This document shows positions 39,271 to 53,078 of a stretch of 64,000 nucleotides of DNA, piece after piece (within the stretch, counting starts at the first letter, position 1; each line of letters opens with the position of its first letter). The notes under the pieces were generated by a model, which did not search any database, was not told where the DNA came from, and worked only from the letters and a program-made list of their open reading frames with translations. This DNA comes from Octopus sinensis (lineage: Eukaryota), in the NCBI RefSeq assembly GCF_006345805.1, contig NC_043000.1:112096001-112160000 (forward strand), written 5' to 3'. The position numbers were made by a program, and so were the translations under genes.

Positions 39271-39679
39271 CTCTCTTTTACTCTTTTACTTGTTTCAGTC
39301 ATTTGACTGCAGCCATGCTGGAGCACTGCCTTTAGTCGAGCAACTCGACCCCGGGACTTATTCTTTTTGTAAGCCCAGTACTTATTCTATCGGTCTCTTT
39401 TTGCCGAACCGCTAAGTGACGGGGACGTAAACACACCAGCATCGGTTGTCAAGCAATGCTAGGGGAACAAACACAGACACAGAAACACACACACATACAT
39501 ATATATATATACATATATACAACAGGCTTCTTTCAGTTTCCGTCTACCAAATCCACTCACAAGGCTTTGGTCGGCCCGGGGCTATAGCAGAAGACACTTG
39601 CCCAAGATGCCACGCGGTGGGTTTGAACCCGGAACCATGTGGTTGGTAAACAAGCTACTTACCACACAGCCACTCCTGC
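39271..39679 (-). mobile_element. SINE family A, young full-length copy
   Basis: CpG-rich, complete head to (AAAAGAGT)n tail. Confidence 0.9.
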
Positions 39680-40059
39680 TGTCTGTGTTTGATGTCGGCA
39701 TTTCTGTTGTGTTGCTGTGTTGTTTGATGTTGCTCCTACTCTTGCGTAGAGTGTTTTTGTCTTATGTTTGATATCTCTACTGTTGAGTCTAGGGTATTGT
39801 GTTTGATGTTGTTCCTGCTGTTGTTTGCAGTGCTGGTGTTTATGTTTGATGGTGTCCCTACACCTGTGCTGATGTATTATGTCTGATGTCTCTATTGGTG
39901 CATAGCGTTTGATATTGTTTGCTTGGTGTATTACGTCTGATCATGTCCCTACAGTGGTTTTGCTACTCTGTGTATGAGGTCGTTGCTACTTTTCATTAAT
40001 AACTGCCACTCTCTCCTCAGCTTTGCATTTTTACTTTCCTTTCTCTGTCTCTTTCTCTC

Positions 40060-40090
<31 letters not shown>

Positions 40091-40719
40091 CAGTCTCTTA
40101 CTTCCTTCACCTCCCTCTGCTATTCTCCACATAATATTTAAATGTCAGTAATGCTTTTTTTTTTTTTTGTTAATTTAGAATTTCTAAATTAGTTTCAAAT
40201 AATGATGAGTGACTGAAGATAATTACCTTTCGCTATCGTCATCATCATTAATCATTTATCAACATTATCCATAATAATCATTTATAAAAAATCATCATCA
40301 TCATCATCAACATCATTCACTGTCCAGTAATTTAACATTATGTGTGCTTGCCAATCTACGATGGTAAAAGTTGACTACGTCTGCTACACTTCCCTGTCTG
40401 TTTAATCTTGCAATTATATAAACCGTATAAGCTTATAAGAGAGCATGCACATGGTTGGCATGGCTGCAAGGTGACAAAGTTCACTGTGCAACCACATGGT
40501 TTTAGGTTCAATCCCACTCTATGGCACCTTTTTTTTTTTTTACCTCCATCTTCCTTTTCTGTTGAACTTTCCTCTGTCTCCTATTTCTGAAGAAGAGATT
40601 TGCTTGAAATGTAAAACACCCTGTCTTTCCTTCCCTGAGTGTCTTTTAATACTTTGCATGTATCACAAGCTCACATTGTTGTTTTTTCCTTGTGTTTCTT
40701 TTTGGTTTTTTTGGGGGGA

Positions 40720-40761
<42 letters not shown>

Positions 40762-41380
40762 TCATCAGCATTGTTTAAAGCCCATTTTCCATGCTGGAAT
40801 GGGTTGGATGGTTTGACTGAGATCTGGAGAGCAAGTGGCTGCACCAGGCTCCAATCTGATCTGACAGTGTTTCTACAGCTGGATGCCCTTCCTAACACCA
40901 ACCACTCCAAGAGTGTAGCGGGCTTGACATCGGCCACGTTTGGATGGTGCTTTTTACGTGCCACCAGCTTGGGGGCCAGTCAGGCGGTCCTAGCATCGAT
41001 CACGTTCAGATAGTGCTATATATATATGTGTGTGTGTTTGTGTTTGTCCCCCACCACTGCCTGACAACAGTTTGGTGTGTTTGCATTTGTGTAACTTAGT
41101 GGTTCAGCAGAAGAGATTGATAGAATATGTATGTATCAGGCTTGTGAAAAAAGTACTGGGGTTGAATTCGTTGGATTAGAATTCTTCAAGGTGGTGCTCC
41201 AGCATGGCTGAAATAAAAAAAACTAATGTGTTGTGTGCTTGTGTTGTTGAGTTATTCCCCTTAGTTGTTAGTCTGCATTGGACACTAACAACAGTTGCAT
41301 CAGTTATGTCAGAGCATCAGGCAGTGGTCTTTGGTGCCAGGCTTCCACCACCATCATCACCACTATTCATGTCTATTACC

Positions 41381-41602
41381 TATTTCTTTACTACTCACAA
41401 GGGGCTAAACACAGAGGGGACAAACAAGGACAGACAAACGGATTAAGTGGATTCCATCGACCCCCAGTGCGTAACTGGTACTTAATTTATCGACCCCGAA
41501 AGGACGACAGGCAAAGTCGACCTCGGCGGAATTTGAACTCAGAACGCAGCGGCGGACGAAATACCGCTAAGCATTTCGCCCGGTGTGCTAACGATTCTGC
41601 CA
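41381..41602 (-). mobile_element. SINE family B, young copy
   Basis: CpG-rich, B box and tail type 1. Confidence 0.85.
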
Positions 41603-42419
41603 TCAGTTTTAGGTAGCAGCAGCAGCACCACCACATTTCAGCCACTACTCCCACCACCACCATCACAATCATCATTGCAGCCGCCACCATCACCACCACC
41701 ACCACTGTCACAGTGTCAGTTCATATATTACATTGTATCCACTTGTAAGCGTTGTATGCTCAAATGGTTGTGAATGGTCATTGAGACAACAACAGTGAAG
41801 CAGGATGTTATTTGTTGAACTTTGAAATAATGGAACCAGCTGCTGCCAAAATCTCTGCTCAGAGATTATTGAGGTAAAGAACAACAAAAACTGTCTGTAA
41901 ATATTTGTCTAAAGAATCACCATTGCAGTAACTCCAAGATGTCCAGACAGTTTCTAGACTGTCTGTGCTAATGTTGATCTTGTGTTTTGCTCTCAATGGA
42001 GGGCTTTCGTTATTGATGCCATTGGTGTGTGATCATATTTAATACTAATGATTACAATAACTACAACATCAACAATAATCATGGTGATGCTACAGTAATT
42101 GTTTAATATTGGAACAATGCCACAAACATCAGAACAGGTCACGGTTGATTAACTGCAGTTGTTTCACTGGTGTTTGGTTTTATCGACCCTTAGGACGGTA
42201 GTGGTGTGGGAGTTGAAAGGGGAAGTCAAACCTGGTCTGATTTGAAACTAGAATTTAGACATAACCAGATATTGGGGGATTCATTTCTTCTCCACTCTAA
42301 CAATGTAGTATAATAATAATAATAAAAACAAGTATCTGATTAATAATAATAATAATGGATTCTAATTTGGGCACATGCTCTACTCTGCTAATGTTTTTGC
42401 CAGCTCACCACCTTAATAA

Positions 42420-42841
42420 TAATAATCCATTCTACTATCGGCACAAGGCCTGAAATTTCTGAAGGGGAGACTAGTCAATTGCGTTGACCTCAGTGTTTCA
42501 CTTATACTTGATTTATGATCCCCAAAAGGATGAAAGGTAAAATTGCCTTTGGCGGAATTTGAACTCAGAATGTGGCGACAGGCAAAATACTGTTAAATAT
42601 TTCGTTCAATGTGTAACAATTCTGCCAGCTCTTTGTCTTAATAATAATGATAATAGTAATAATTCTTTCTACTAAAGGTACAATGCCTGAAATGCTGGAG
42701 GGAAGGGGCAAGTTGCATCACCCCAGTGGTTTAGTGCCATCTGAAAGGATGAAAGACAAAGTCGACCTTGGTGGAATTTGAACTCAGAACGTAGACAAAT
42801 GAAATGCCACTGAGTATTTTATTCAGTGTGCTAACAATTTG

Positions 42842-42879
<38 letters not shown>

Positions 42880-43070
42880 TGTTACAAGTTTTGGTTGAAG
42901 GCCAACAATTTTAAGGATAGAGGTTAGTCAAATATATCAATCCCAGTACTTGACTGGTATTTTATTTTATCAATCCTGGAAGGACGGAATGCTATGTTGA
43001 CCTCAGTGGTATTTGAACTCAGCATGTAGGGAGTCAGAAGACATGTCACTAAGCATTTGAAGTAAGCGGC
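42420..43070 (-). mobile_element. Cluster of 3-4 older SINE family B copies (tail type 2)
   Basis: Repeated GAATTTGAACTCAG and CTTTCTACTA..CACAAGGCCTGAAAT blocks separated by (TAA)n. Confidence 0.7.
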
Positions 43071-43186
43071 AGTAGAGAAGCAATGAAAGATAATTCTATT
43101 TAGCAAGCAACCACTTTTGAAACATTCTGTATATTTATTTCAACTGTCTGGAATGCATTAAATTTTAAATATTTACAATTTATATA

Positions 43187-43233
<47 letters not shown>

Positions 43234-43527
43234 TCCTAGAGTAATGTGTGTGTATGTAATTACATGTATGTTAATTTGTTTCTTACACTTACAGGCATGT
43301 CATGTGATTTATTCATGTTGTACATGATGTATGTAGGTAACGTGTGTGTGATATATGTATGTTGTGTATGATGTATGTAAGTACAGTGTATGTGTTGTAT
43401 ATAGTTGTGTGCAATGTTTATATGCGTGTTACATGTGGTGCCTATATACATTGTCTGTGTTCTGTTTGTGACATATGTATGCATGCACTATTTCACAATT
43501 CTCTAATTAAATTCAGACATAAAATCT

Positions 43528-43631
<104 letters not shown>

Positions 43632-44522
43632 TTCTCATAAAACATTGTCAGCAAATGTAAAACAAAGAAAAAGAAACAAAAAGAATCAAGAAATTAAGCA
43701 AATGAATTATTAACTCTTTGGAGACAAGAAAGTCTTCTGAAGTTTCTTCAGTGAACAAGAAAACAAAACCATTTTTGTGAATTAAGAATAAATGTGTTAT
43801 CATTTAAAATTCTCTGAAAGTATCTGAATCTCTGTAGACAAAGAATAATATATATTCTTGGAGAGATCTACACCATTTTTGTAACTCAAGAATTAATGGT
43901 ACTGAGAGATTGGTCTAGCTTCATTATAGGAATTAAGAACAGTGGCTTTGTGAGAAACAATAAACACCTCTTTCTGCCCCCTCTCTGTCTTGTTCCCTCC
44001 TCTCTCTCTTTCTTATACCTCAATCCCATGTGGCTGTTTTAACAGGCATCAGTGATCATGCATTTTCATGACAAAGCCTGAAAATTCACAATTTTTCTTT
44101 GGAAATTTACAGTGGTGGTTCCTTGTCTCCTTCTGCCTGTTTATCTACACTTTCCTCTGCTAGTCACTTGCTCTCCTGAGATTGCCCTTGAGGCAGATGG
44201 CCTATTTACCTTTTAGGCAGGGTAACTGGTTCAGGTGACACCAGGGCATGTCCACACGCCAGTGGATCTGCGTGGCATTTGTGTAGAGGCCAGTCTTCCT
44301 CTGAATCCTCTATACCCTAGCCACAGCACCATAAATAGACCCAGCCCTCATCACCTTCTGCCTATGGACCCCTTTTTGTTTTCTGTCTTACTTTGCTCCC
44401 CCCCCCACCTGACATTCAATATTTAAAAAAGTCCTATTTTATTTTTATAATTAAAAATTATTAGGAATTGTATAAGAAATTGTTAAAATATTTTCTGTAT
44501 TTTAGAAGTAAAACCAGAATAT

Positions 44523-44900
44523 AGGCACAGGCGTGGCTGTGTGGTAAGAAGCTTGCTTCACAACCACATGATCCTAGGTTCAGTCCTACTTTGTGGTACT
44601 TTGGGCAAGTGTCTTCTATAGCCCGGGCTGACCAGAGCCTTGTTAGTGGATTTGGGAGATGGAAACTGAAAGAAGCCCATCGTATATATATATATATGTT
44701 TTTGTGTCTGTATTTGACCCCCACCATCACTTGACAACTGATGTTGGTGTGTTTATGTCGCTATAACTTAGTGGTTTGGTGAAAGAGACTGATAGAATTT
44801 GTAATAAGCTTACAAAAAATAAGCCCTCTGATTGCTTTGCTCGACCAAAGGCGGTGCTCCAGCATGGCCACAGTCAAATGACCGAAAAAGAATCAAAGAA
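44523..44900 (+). mobile_element. SINE family A, full length
   Basis: Homology to other copies. Confidence 0.85.
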
Positions 44901-45547
44901 TAATTCATTGCATGCAAATTTTAACAAAATTCTATGTGGATCGCCAAGGGCCATATGGAAATTTGTTGAGAACCTCTACACACTGCATAAGCAATATCAC
45001 TATCTAGGTGATGCCTTCCTCTGCATCTGCTGTGGAGACTTGTCCACCCATAGAATGGTTCATCATTGGACAGATAAGGGGGAAAGAGTACCCGACTTGA
45101 AAGCAAGTGCCAGTTGGTGCCAAGAAGGCTGTCAGACCTCAGAAAAACGAAATAACTCAATAACTGACTGGTGTTAGAAGAAGCAGAAGATGTTAAATGA
45201 TAATGATGGTCAGATGGCCTTCCAGTCTTACTTGATTCCAATCTTTGGTGTTGTCATGATAAGATAATAGTCTGATGTTAAATGGAGGGAATGGTTCAAG
45301 CTATAGAAGGTGGGTGTGTGTGTGTGAGCGGTTGGGTGGGAGGCAGTGTTGCTTTGGTCTCGCTTGGCTTGTCAACCAGGAATGCAACAGATGCCTGCTT
45401 TCATTCCTATAGGAAGCATATAATATTTTAAATTGGTGTGGCTACTGTCATCTGAAAGGATGAAAGACAAGGTCAGCTTCAGCAGAACTGGAACTCGAAA
45501 CGTATGGATGGACAAAATATTGCCAAGCATTTCAACCAGTGAGCTAC

Positions 45548-46124
45548 ACCGTGGCCTATGCCAGTGGATGTAGCCAGCCCACTTATGAATACCCCTCATT
45601 CATTGAATAATAAACTTTGCTTGCGAAGACCTATTTAGGCAAGTGAAATCAAATCAAAATTGCTGGCGTGGCCAATGACTGTACCACCTGATTTGCTCTC
45701 GTGCCAATGGAACATTAAGAGCACATCTGAGCATGATCATTGCCAGGGCCACAGATTGGCTCCTATGCTGGTGGCATGTAAAAAGCACCATTCAAATGTG
45801 ATCATTGCCAGTGTCGCCTTACCGACACATAAAAAACAACATTCAAGCGTTGTCACTGACTGGCTCCTGTGCAGGTAGCACGTAAGAAATACCTTTTGAG
45901 CGTGGTTGTTGCCAGAACCGCCTGACTGGCCCTGGTGCCGGTGGCACGTAAAAGCATCCACTATGCTCTCAGAGTGGTTGGCATTAGGAAGGGCATCCAG
46001 CTGTAGAAACTTTGTCAGATCAGATTGAGCCTGGTGCAGCCTCTGGCTCACCAGTCCTCAGTCAAACCGTCCAACCCATGCCAACATGGAAAGCAGACGT
46101 TAAACGACGACAATGATGATGATG
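45548..46124 (+). mobile_element. RTE LINE 3' UTR, subfamily 1
   Basis: CCGTGGCCTATGCCAG...TTGCGAAGACC matches the UTR directly after the RTE stop at ~28170; (GAT)n tail. Confidence 0.85.
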
Positions 46125-46479
46125 AGATGGAATTTTTATGCAAAGAAATAGTTTTGCACTTTTACTGTTTCGCTCCGCTGCTGGAACAATCCAATATCAA
46201 TTAGTTTGAATGAAATTTTGTAACAATGCAAAGTTATTTGCTGTAGTTCTGCTATAGTTCACATCGAGCCTTAATTGCTGTTTTCTATAACAAAGCTTTT
46301 AGTCCTAATCAGTGACGTAGTAAATTCATTTGTCCATTCCAGAAAGCATTTTTCATTAGTTCAAAGATAAATATGTTTCCTATTCTACAATGCATTTGTG
46401 TGTATGTGTATACCCTCATACACACGTGTGTGCATGTTGCCTGATGTATGCTTATAATAGAACGGTTGGGTGGGGAACG

Positions 46480-47160
46480 AGTTCTTGAAGCAGATAGTGG
46501 AGAGATCTGGCTCGAGTGTGTCTATGGTGGAATAACTTGCCACAAATGCATTATAATCTATATTTGTGACACCACAATGCTTCCATAGTCTTGCCATTCA
46601 TGCTAGACTAACTGCCACAAATACATATATACATATGTGTATGTGTTTGTATATGCCTGCACATACCTATACATAGAACTACGTTTTGGTTGAACAATCA
46701 ACACTGCTCAATAATACTTAAGAGATATCAATAATGTTTGGTTCACCAGTATTTCCCAATCTTCCATTTATAAATTTCCTTCACTTCCTTTCCTTGCTTT
46801 ATGTCCATCTCTGTAGAATTCACCGATTCCATTCTTTCCCTGTCATCTTCAATTTGGTGTTTCATTTCGTCTTTTAATGCCTTCATGTCACAGCTAATCA
46901 CATTTCCTCTCTTCTCTCACTTCTCTACCCAAATATATCTTTGGTGCTGATGTCCATTTTGGCAGGCGCATGTGAGCAGGGTTAGCATGACTTTTGGAGA
47001 TTTGGACATTTTTATGATTGTTGGAACAGTTGTCTGTGCAGATCAATGTCATTTTAACCACTTGTGTGTGAAGGAGACAATGGAACTGGTTGTCATGCAG
47101 GCCGTTTGACAACCATGATTGCAAATGTTGTACAAGAGCACATGTGGGTGACCCAATTAA
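46480..47160 (-). pseudogene. Possible decayed CR1/L2-like relic(s)
   Basis: FYRDGHKARKGSEGNL resembles the endonuclease RxDR..KGGGV motif; ARLWKHCGVTNIDYNAF resembles a LINE C-terminus; heavily degenerate. Confidence 0.3.
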
Positions 47161-47250
47161 AATTTGAATTTAGGAACACTAAAGGATCACTTGTTTAACC
47201 ATATTTCCTCAGTCATCATACACATTTCTCTTTCTTGCTCTCTCACACTC

Positions 47251-47293
<43 letters not shown>

Positions 47294-47455
47294 CCTTGTG
47301 GCCAGAGTATTCAGCTCGTGATTGTAAGGTGGCAAGTTCAACTCCTGAACTGGGTGATACATTATATATTTCAGCAAAGCACTTCATCCTGCTTCAGTCT
47401 ACACAACTTCAACAAGTACCAACCAGACACTGATGCAGTCCTTCATACATTCACA

Positions 47456-47514
<59 letters not shown>

Positions 47515-47996
47515 GAAGTTTAGGCCAGGTTGTGAGTCGGGATCAAGTCTTGTGGTTACCTACAAGCGAATGATAGTGTTGGTACCTTTTTCTTTGAATT
47601 CTTTATTTTGCTTCTTCAGTTGCAACAGTTGTCAGCGGGAGAGGGTGTAAGACATTAGCTTAGTCTCGACCTTGTCTGACCTCTCTTCACTTCAACTCCA
47701 TAAAGATGAATAGAAATGTTGCTCATTTTGTCTGTGGTCAATACCTTCCCAAACTTACTAATTATAAAAGCATCCAGCCGATTGGACATGTGTATTACAC
47801 CTATACACACTCTCTTCATGGGGGGTGTCTAGAATGACCTTTTGAACTGTTTTAATGCTAAAAATGGAATCAATTAAGTATTTTAGGAACAATATAACTT
47901 TATTTACAATTTTGAAGACGTTCCAAAAAATTACTTAATGTTTCAAAAACTCCCACTTGGGACAGAAATAGACTTAATAATATATTTAGTCTTGAA

Positions 47997-48228
47997 AGGC
48001 GGTGAACTGGCAGAAACGTTAGCACGCCGGGTGAAATGCTTAGCGGTATTTCATCTGCCGTTATGCTCTGAGTTCAAATTCTGCCGAGGTCAACTTTGCC
48101 TTTCATTCTTTTGGGGTCGATAAATTAAGTATCAGTTACGCACTGGGGTCGATGTAATCGACTTAATCCCTTTGTCTGTCCTTGTTTGTCCCCTCTGTGT
48201 TTAGCCCCTTGTGGGTAGTAAAGAAATA
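47997..48228 (+). mobile_element. SINE family B, full length, followed by a second partial copy
   Basis: Complete head to AAAGAAATA; second head at ~48245. Confidence 0.85.
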
Positions 48229-49163
48229 GATATTTAGCCTGGAAAGGCGGCAAGCTGGCAGAAACGTTAGCGTGCCAGGCGAAAAGCTGAGTGGTATTTT
48301 GTCTGTTGCTACGTTCTGAGTTCAAAGGTCGACTTTGCCTTTCATCCTTTCCACACAACCACTGTAACCCTATTGGCTAGCTACTTTAGTTTTGACCAAT
48401 CTCTTCTGTCGACTCTTGTCAAAATCAATTTATCCAACTAGCGAGACAGAAAAGAGTGTAAACCAGTGTGAGATCTGTATTTGTGCCAATTCCTATCATC
48501 TGCACACATGAATGTATTCAAGGATGTCGGTTATTACTACGTCCCTCAATTAGTTTTCTAATGTCTTTCCAATCTCTGTCCCTTCTGCTTTGTCAGAGCT
48601 TCGTGTTTCATCTAACTTCGTTTTCTGTTTGTTCTTTGAAATCTAATTAGCTCACAAGTCATCTTTTAATTTTGTATAATGAGAGTTGAGAAATAATAGT
48701 CAATAATGGATTTAAAATTAATTTCATCTCCGCTCACAGAAATAATGGAACCTCATTACACAATGGCTTTAATGATGCACTTTTAAAAAAAAAAAAGGAA
48801 AAAACAAAGAAAATTATTCTGATTTCCAGTGATTTTTTTTTTTTTTTTCATCTGGCCGACATTAAGCAATGTGTGTTACACTTTTATACCTTCCATTAAG
48901 ATAACTTTTTTTAAAATTTATTTTAGAATAACATTGTAACCAAATTATTGAGCCTGACTGGTCAATAACATCAGTATTCTTTAAGCAATCTTCCAGTTAA
49001 TCACTGTCCTGTTTTAGTATCAAAGACTTCCTATTAAGTAGAGAAGCAGTTGTCTCACTTGATATATAACATTGTTATGGCTAAATGGAAAAGGAAAATA
49101 CTGCAGGTTAACTTAGGGTCGAAAGTCTTTTAGGACTCAAAGGTATCATTAATTATGAGAAAA

Positions 49164-49394
49164 GGTGGCGAGCTGGCAGAAACGTTAGCACGCCGGGTGA
49201 AATGCTTTGTAGTATTTCGTCCACCGCTACATTCTGAGTTCAAATTCCACCAAGGTCGACTTTGCCTTTCATTCTTTCAGGGTCGATTAAATAAGTACCA
49301 GTTACGCACTGGGGTCGATATAATCGACTTAATCCGTTTGTCTGTCCTTGTTTGTCCCCTCTGTGTTTAGCCACTTGTGGGTAGTAAAGAAATA
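49164..49394 (+). mobile_element. SINE family B with 22-bp target-site duplication
   Basis: GGTATCATTAATTATGAGAAAA (49142-49163) vs GGGATCATTAATTATAAGAAAA (49395-49416). Confidence 0.9.
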
Positions 49395-50323
49395 GGGATC
49401 ATTAATTATAAGAAAAATGTCTGTTCCACTCTTTAATGAGGTGTGTGTGTGTGTGTGTGTTCTTTGATAATTCCCCAGCTACAAGCAGTGAAGATGGCAT
49501 TGCCTCTGATCAACACGATTTGTTGTTTTTGCACTTTCAAAGACATGAGGAACATGAAATTTATTACTTGAAAAACAAAGGTAGGCAACAAGAACAGTAT
49601 CCAGTCTATGTAAAAACCAATGCCTTGATAATTATATTCACCTGACAGGCCATGAAAAAATAAACAACTATAATAAATAAAAATAATGATGGACCATTCC
49701 AAGACTGCCTTAGGGATTTGCTGAAATTAGTTTGCAATCAATCTGAAATCCTAACTCTGGCACCAACCAAATTCTTTCTCCTTATTAACGACACCCATGG
49801 TACCTCTCCTGATCTCTGTAGGTGCAGGCATGACAGTGTGGTAAGAGATTTGCTTTCTAACCACATGGTTCTGGGTTCAGTCCCACTATGTGACACCATA
49901 GAGAATTTCTTTTTTGTAGCCCTGGGCTGACCAAAAAAGCTTTGTGAGTAGATTTGGTTGATGGAAACTGAAAGAAGCATATTGTATGTGTGTGTGTGTG
50001 TGTGTCCCATGACATTGCATTGTAGTTGCAAGCAAGTGTATTGGAATTCAGATAGTGCCCTTCATTACCAATCTTCCATGAAAACATGTCCAGCCATGGG
50101 GTAAAATTACTTTGCTTGGAAACAGGTGAGGGTTGGTGATAGGAAGGGCATCCAGCCATAGAAAAATCCATCCGATTCATGCAAGCATGGTAAAGTGGAC
50201 GTTAAACAATGGCAAACTCTCTCAAGTATGTTTTATTAATCTTCCTCAGATTTTCTTAATATTTTCCAACTGAACAACTTCACATGACAGCCATGCTCTG
50301 TGTCTTAACTGACCCTTATAAAA

Positions 50324-50726
50324 TACTCTCTTTTACTTGTTTCAGTCATTTGACTGTGGCCATGCTGGAGTACTGCCTTTAGTCGAGCAAATTGACCCCA
50401 GGACTTATTCTTTGTAAGCCTAGTACTTATTCTATCAGTCTCCTTTGCCGGACCGCTAGGTTACAGGGACGTAAACACACCAGCGTTGGTTGTCAAGCAA
50501 TGTTGGGGGGACAAACACAGACGCACAAACATACACACACACATACATATGTACATATATATGACAGGCTTCTTTTAGTTTCCGTCTATCAAATCCACTC
50601 ACAAGGCTTTGGTCGGCCCGAGGCTATAGTAGAAGACACTTACCCAAGATGTCACGCAGTGGGACTGAAACCGGAGCCATGTGGTTGATAAGCAAGCTAC
50701 TTATCACACAGCCACTCCTACACCTA
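50324..50726 (-). mobile_element. SINE family A, full length
   Basis: Homology to 39271-39679. Confidence 0.9.
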
Positions 50727-51551
50727 CAGCAGCTTTTTCTAAACCTTACTTCTTCATTAAGTCTTGGAGTGGACTGGCTGGGAGTTATTTGCCCTAATCC
50801 CTATTTCTAAAGGAACCATCTGAAAAAGATAATTTCTGGTTGGCCCTGATTAAACTTATCATAAAAGACATTCCAATCAAATGACCATTACATTTATTTG
50901 TGTAACTTCATTGTCTTAAGTTTGTATGGTATGATTTAGGTAAATTTGTCTGCTATTTCTAGCAGTTTGAGCAGTTGCATAATCTTTCCCATTGGCACAG
51001 ATGTAACGATCGGAGATGGATTGCTAGACAGAAAAAAGAAAAAAAAACAATTTGTTGCTCATCCAAACCTACCTGGTTGTGGTTTATGACTAAAACAATG
51101 ATTTTGTTGTGTTAAAAAATTTATATCTTGATCAATGCCTTCCTCACCTGAACTTGAGACCATTAATTCAAAACTAAAATGGCAAAAATAAAATAACGAA
51201 AAATAAAAGGAAAGAAAAAATCTTCAATGAAAGCCAGTCTTTGACAAGAATAATGTTTACTAACTCGGGCAGTGATTGATGACGTCTTTTTTTTGTGTGT
51301 TTAAATATGTATGTTAGCACACAACTTCATTAACCTATCATTAACAAAAGTCTATAAATATATAATCACTCTAAGAGTACATTCTCGTAGGTTCTCTACT
51401 GTAACCGAATGACCTACACACAAACAACGCTGTATAATAAACTCAGTTGAAATCTTGTGCATTGCCTGGCATATGTTCTCACTAGGAGTTAGCACTTTAA
51501 GTAATCTGAAAACTAGGTTAAATACATACTGTATACTGCAACATCAGCAAA

Positions 51552-51735
51552 GGAGGCTCAATGGCCCAGTGGTTAGGGTAGCGGACTCGTGGTCGTAAGA
51601 ACGCAGTTTCGTTTCCCAGATCGGGCATTGTGAGTGTTCATTGAGCAAAAAACACCTAAGCTCCATGAGGTTCCAGCAGGGGGTAGGGGTGAACCCCGCT
51701 GTACTCTTTCTCTCACTCTTTCTTCCTACTTCTGC
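51552..51735 (+). mobile_element. tRNA-headed SINE (family G)
   Basis: A box TGGCCCAGTGG at 51562, degenerate B box ~51606, pyrimidine-rich tail. Confidence 0.65.
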
Positions 51736-52194
51736 CACAAAGTAGAGGAACCATGGTGTAACGCACTATGGTGTGGTAAACTTTCAGGCCTTAATCTAGA
51801 TTGCGAATCCTCTGTACCCCAGGATGGTTCAGCTCTCCACCCATTAAAAGCCACCGTTTACAGAATGAGGATAACAACATAGCTTTCATGCCCGTGCAAC
51901 CGCCAGTCTATCGCATGTGGTGGGTGGATCTTCAAGTTGCCATATGCATTCTTAGTAGCTTGGAGTAGGCTCAAATTAGAAATTATTCTTTGTGGCTAAT
52001 GGCGTGAGGCCTGATTGGAAGAAGAAGAAATCAGCAAAAGTGTTGATTTGGGTTCAATTCCATGTAGAATTTTATTATTATTCATTGGCTTTCACATTGG
52101 CTCCACATATCTGCCCAAAGATGCTGTGTTTAGCTAGATGTAAACACATGACTATAGTTTGGTACTTCTTAGTAAATAAAAAACTTAAAAAATG

Positions 52195-52695
52195 AAAAAA
52201 AAAGCACCATCCAAACTTGGCCAATGTCAGTAACCCCTGACTGGTTCCTGGGCCTGTGGCATGTAAAAAGCACTATCCAAACATGATCGATGCCAGGCCT
52301 GCCTGACTGGCTGATGCCAGTATCCCCCGACTGGCTCTCGGGCTGGTAGCACATAAAAAGCACCATCCAAACATGGCACATGACAGTACCCCTTGACTGG
52401 CCCCCAAACTGGTGGTACGTAAAAAACACTATCAGAATGTGATTGATGCCAGGCCTGCCTGACTGGCTCCTGTGCTAGTGGCACGTAAAAAGCACCAGCT
52501 GAACATGGCTGATACCAGTAACCTCTGACTGGCCCCCGTGCCAGTGGCACGTAACAAGCACCCACTGCACTCTTGGAGTGGTTGGTATTAGGAAGGGCAT
52601 CCAGCTGTAGAAATATCATGAGATCAGATTGGAACCTGGTGCAGCTGCTAGTTCCCCAGACCCCAGTCAAACCATCCAACCCATGCCAGCATGAG
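52195..52695 (+). mobile_element. RTE LINE 3' UTR with ~5 tandem ~65-bp sub-repeats
   Basis: AAAAGCAC...GACTGG...GGCACGT units, then the shared terminal module. Confidence 0.8.
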
Positions 52696-53078
52696 AAAGC
52701 CTGTATGGAGGAGTTCAATCTGCTGGAAATAGAAGATAAATATCCCTCAAATCACCCATACATTTTCATCTTAAGAAAATGAACACACTGGATGAAGTTC
52801 TCCAAGATATGCTGTACCTGACTGGAAAGTAGGATGATCATGACTCGAATGTCATTGATCATAAGTCTGCTCAGTCACACTAAACCTCTTGATTAATAAC
52901 AGTTCTTGTTATCTAGCGTGTGTGTGTGTGTGTGTGCACGTGTGCATGTATTTGTGAGATGACTGGTAGAGCTAGAAATATTCTTCTACAAACAAAAAAT
53001 CCATCCCCACCAAAACCTAGTAAATTTTACCAAAAGCAAGATTTATAGTGTTATAACATATTTATATTTATATTTATA

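Noticed and set aside
51552-51625. tRNA gene
   Set aside because: tRNA-like A/B boxes are SINE heads; no complete cloverleaf or acceptor stem is evident. The same applies to the other SINE heads.
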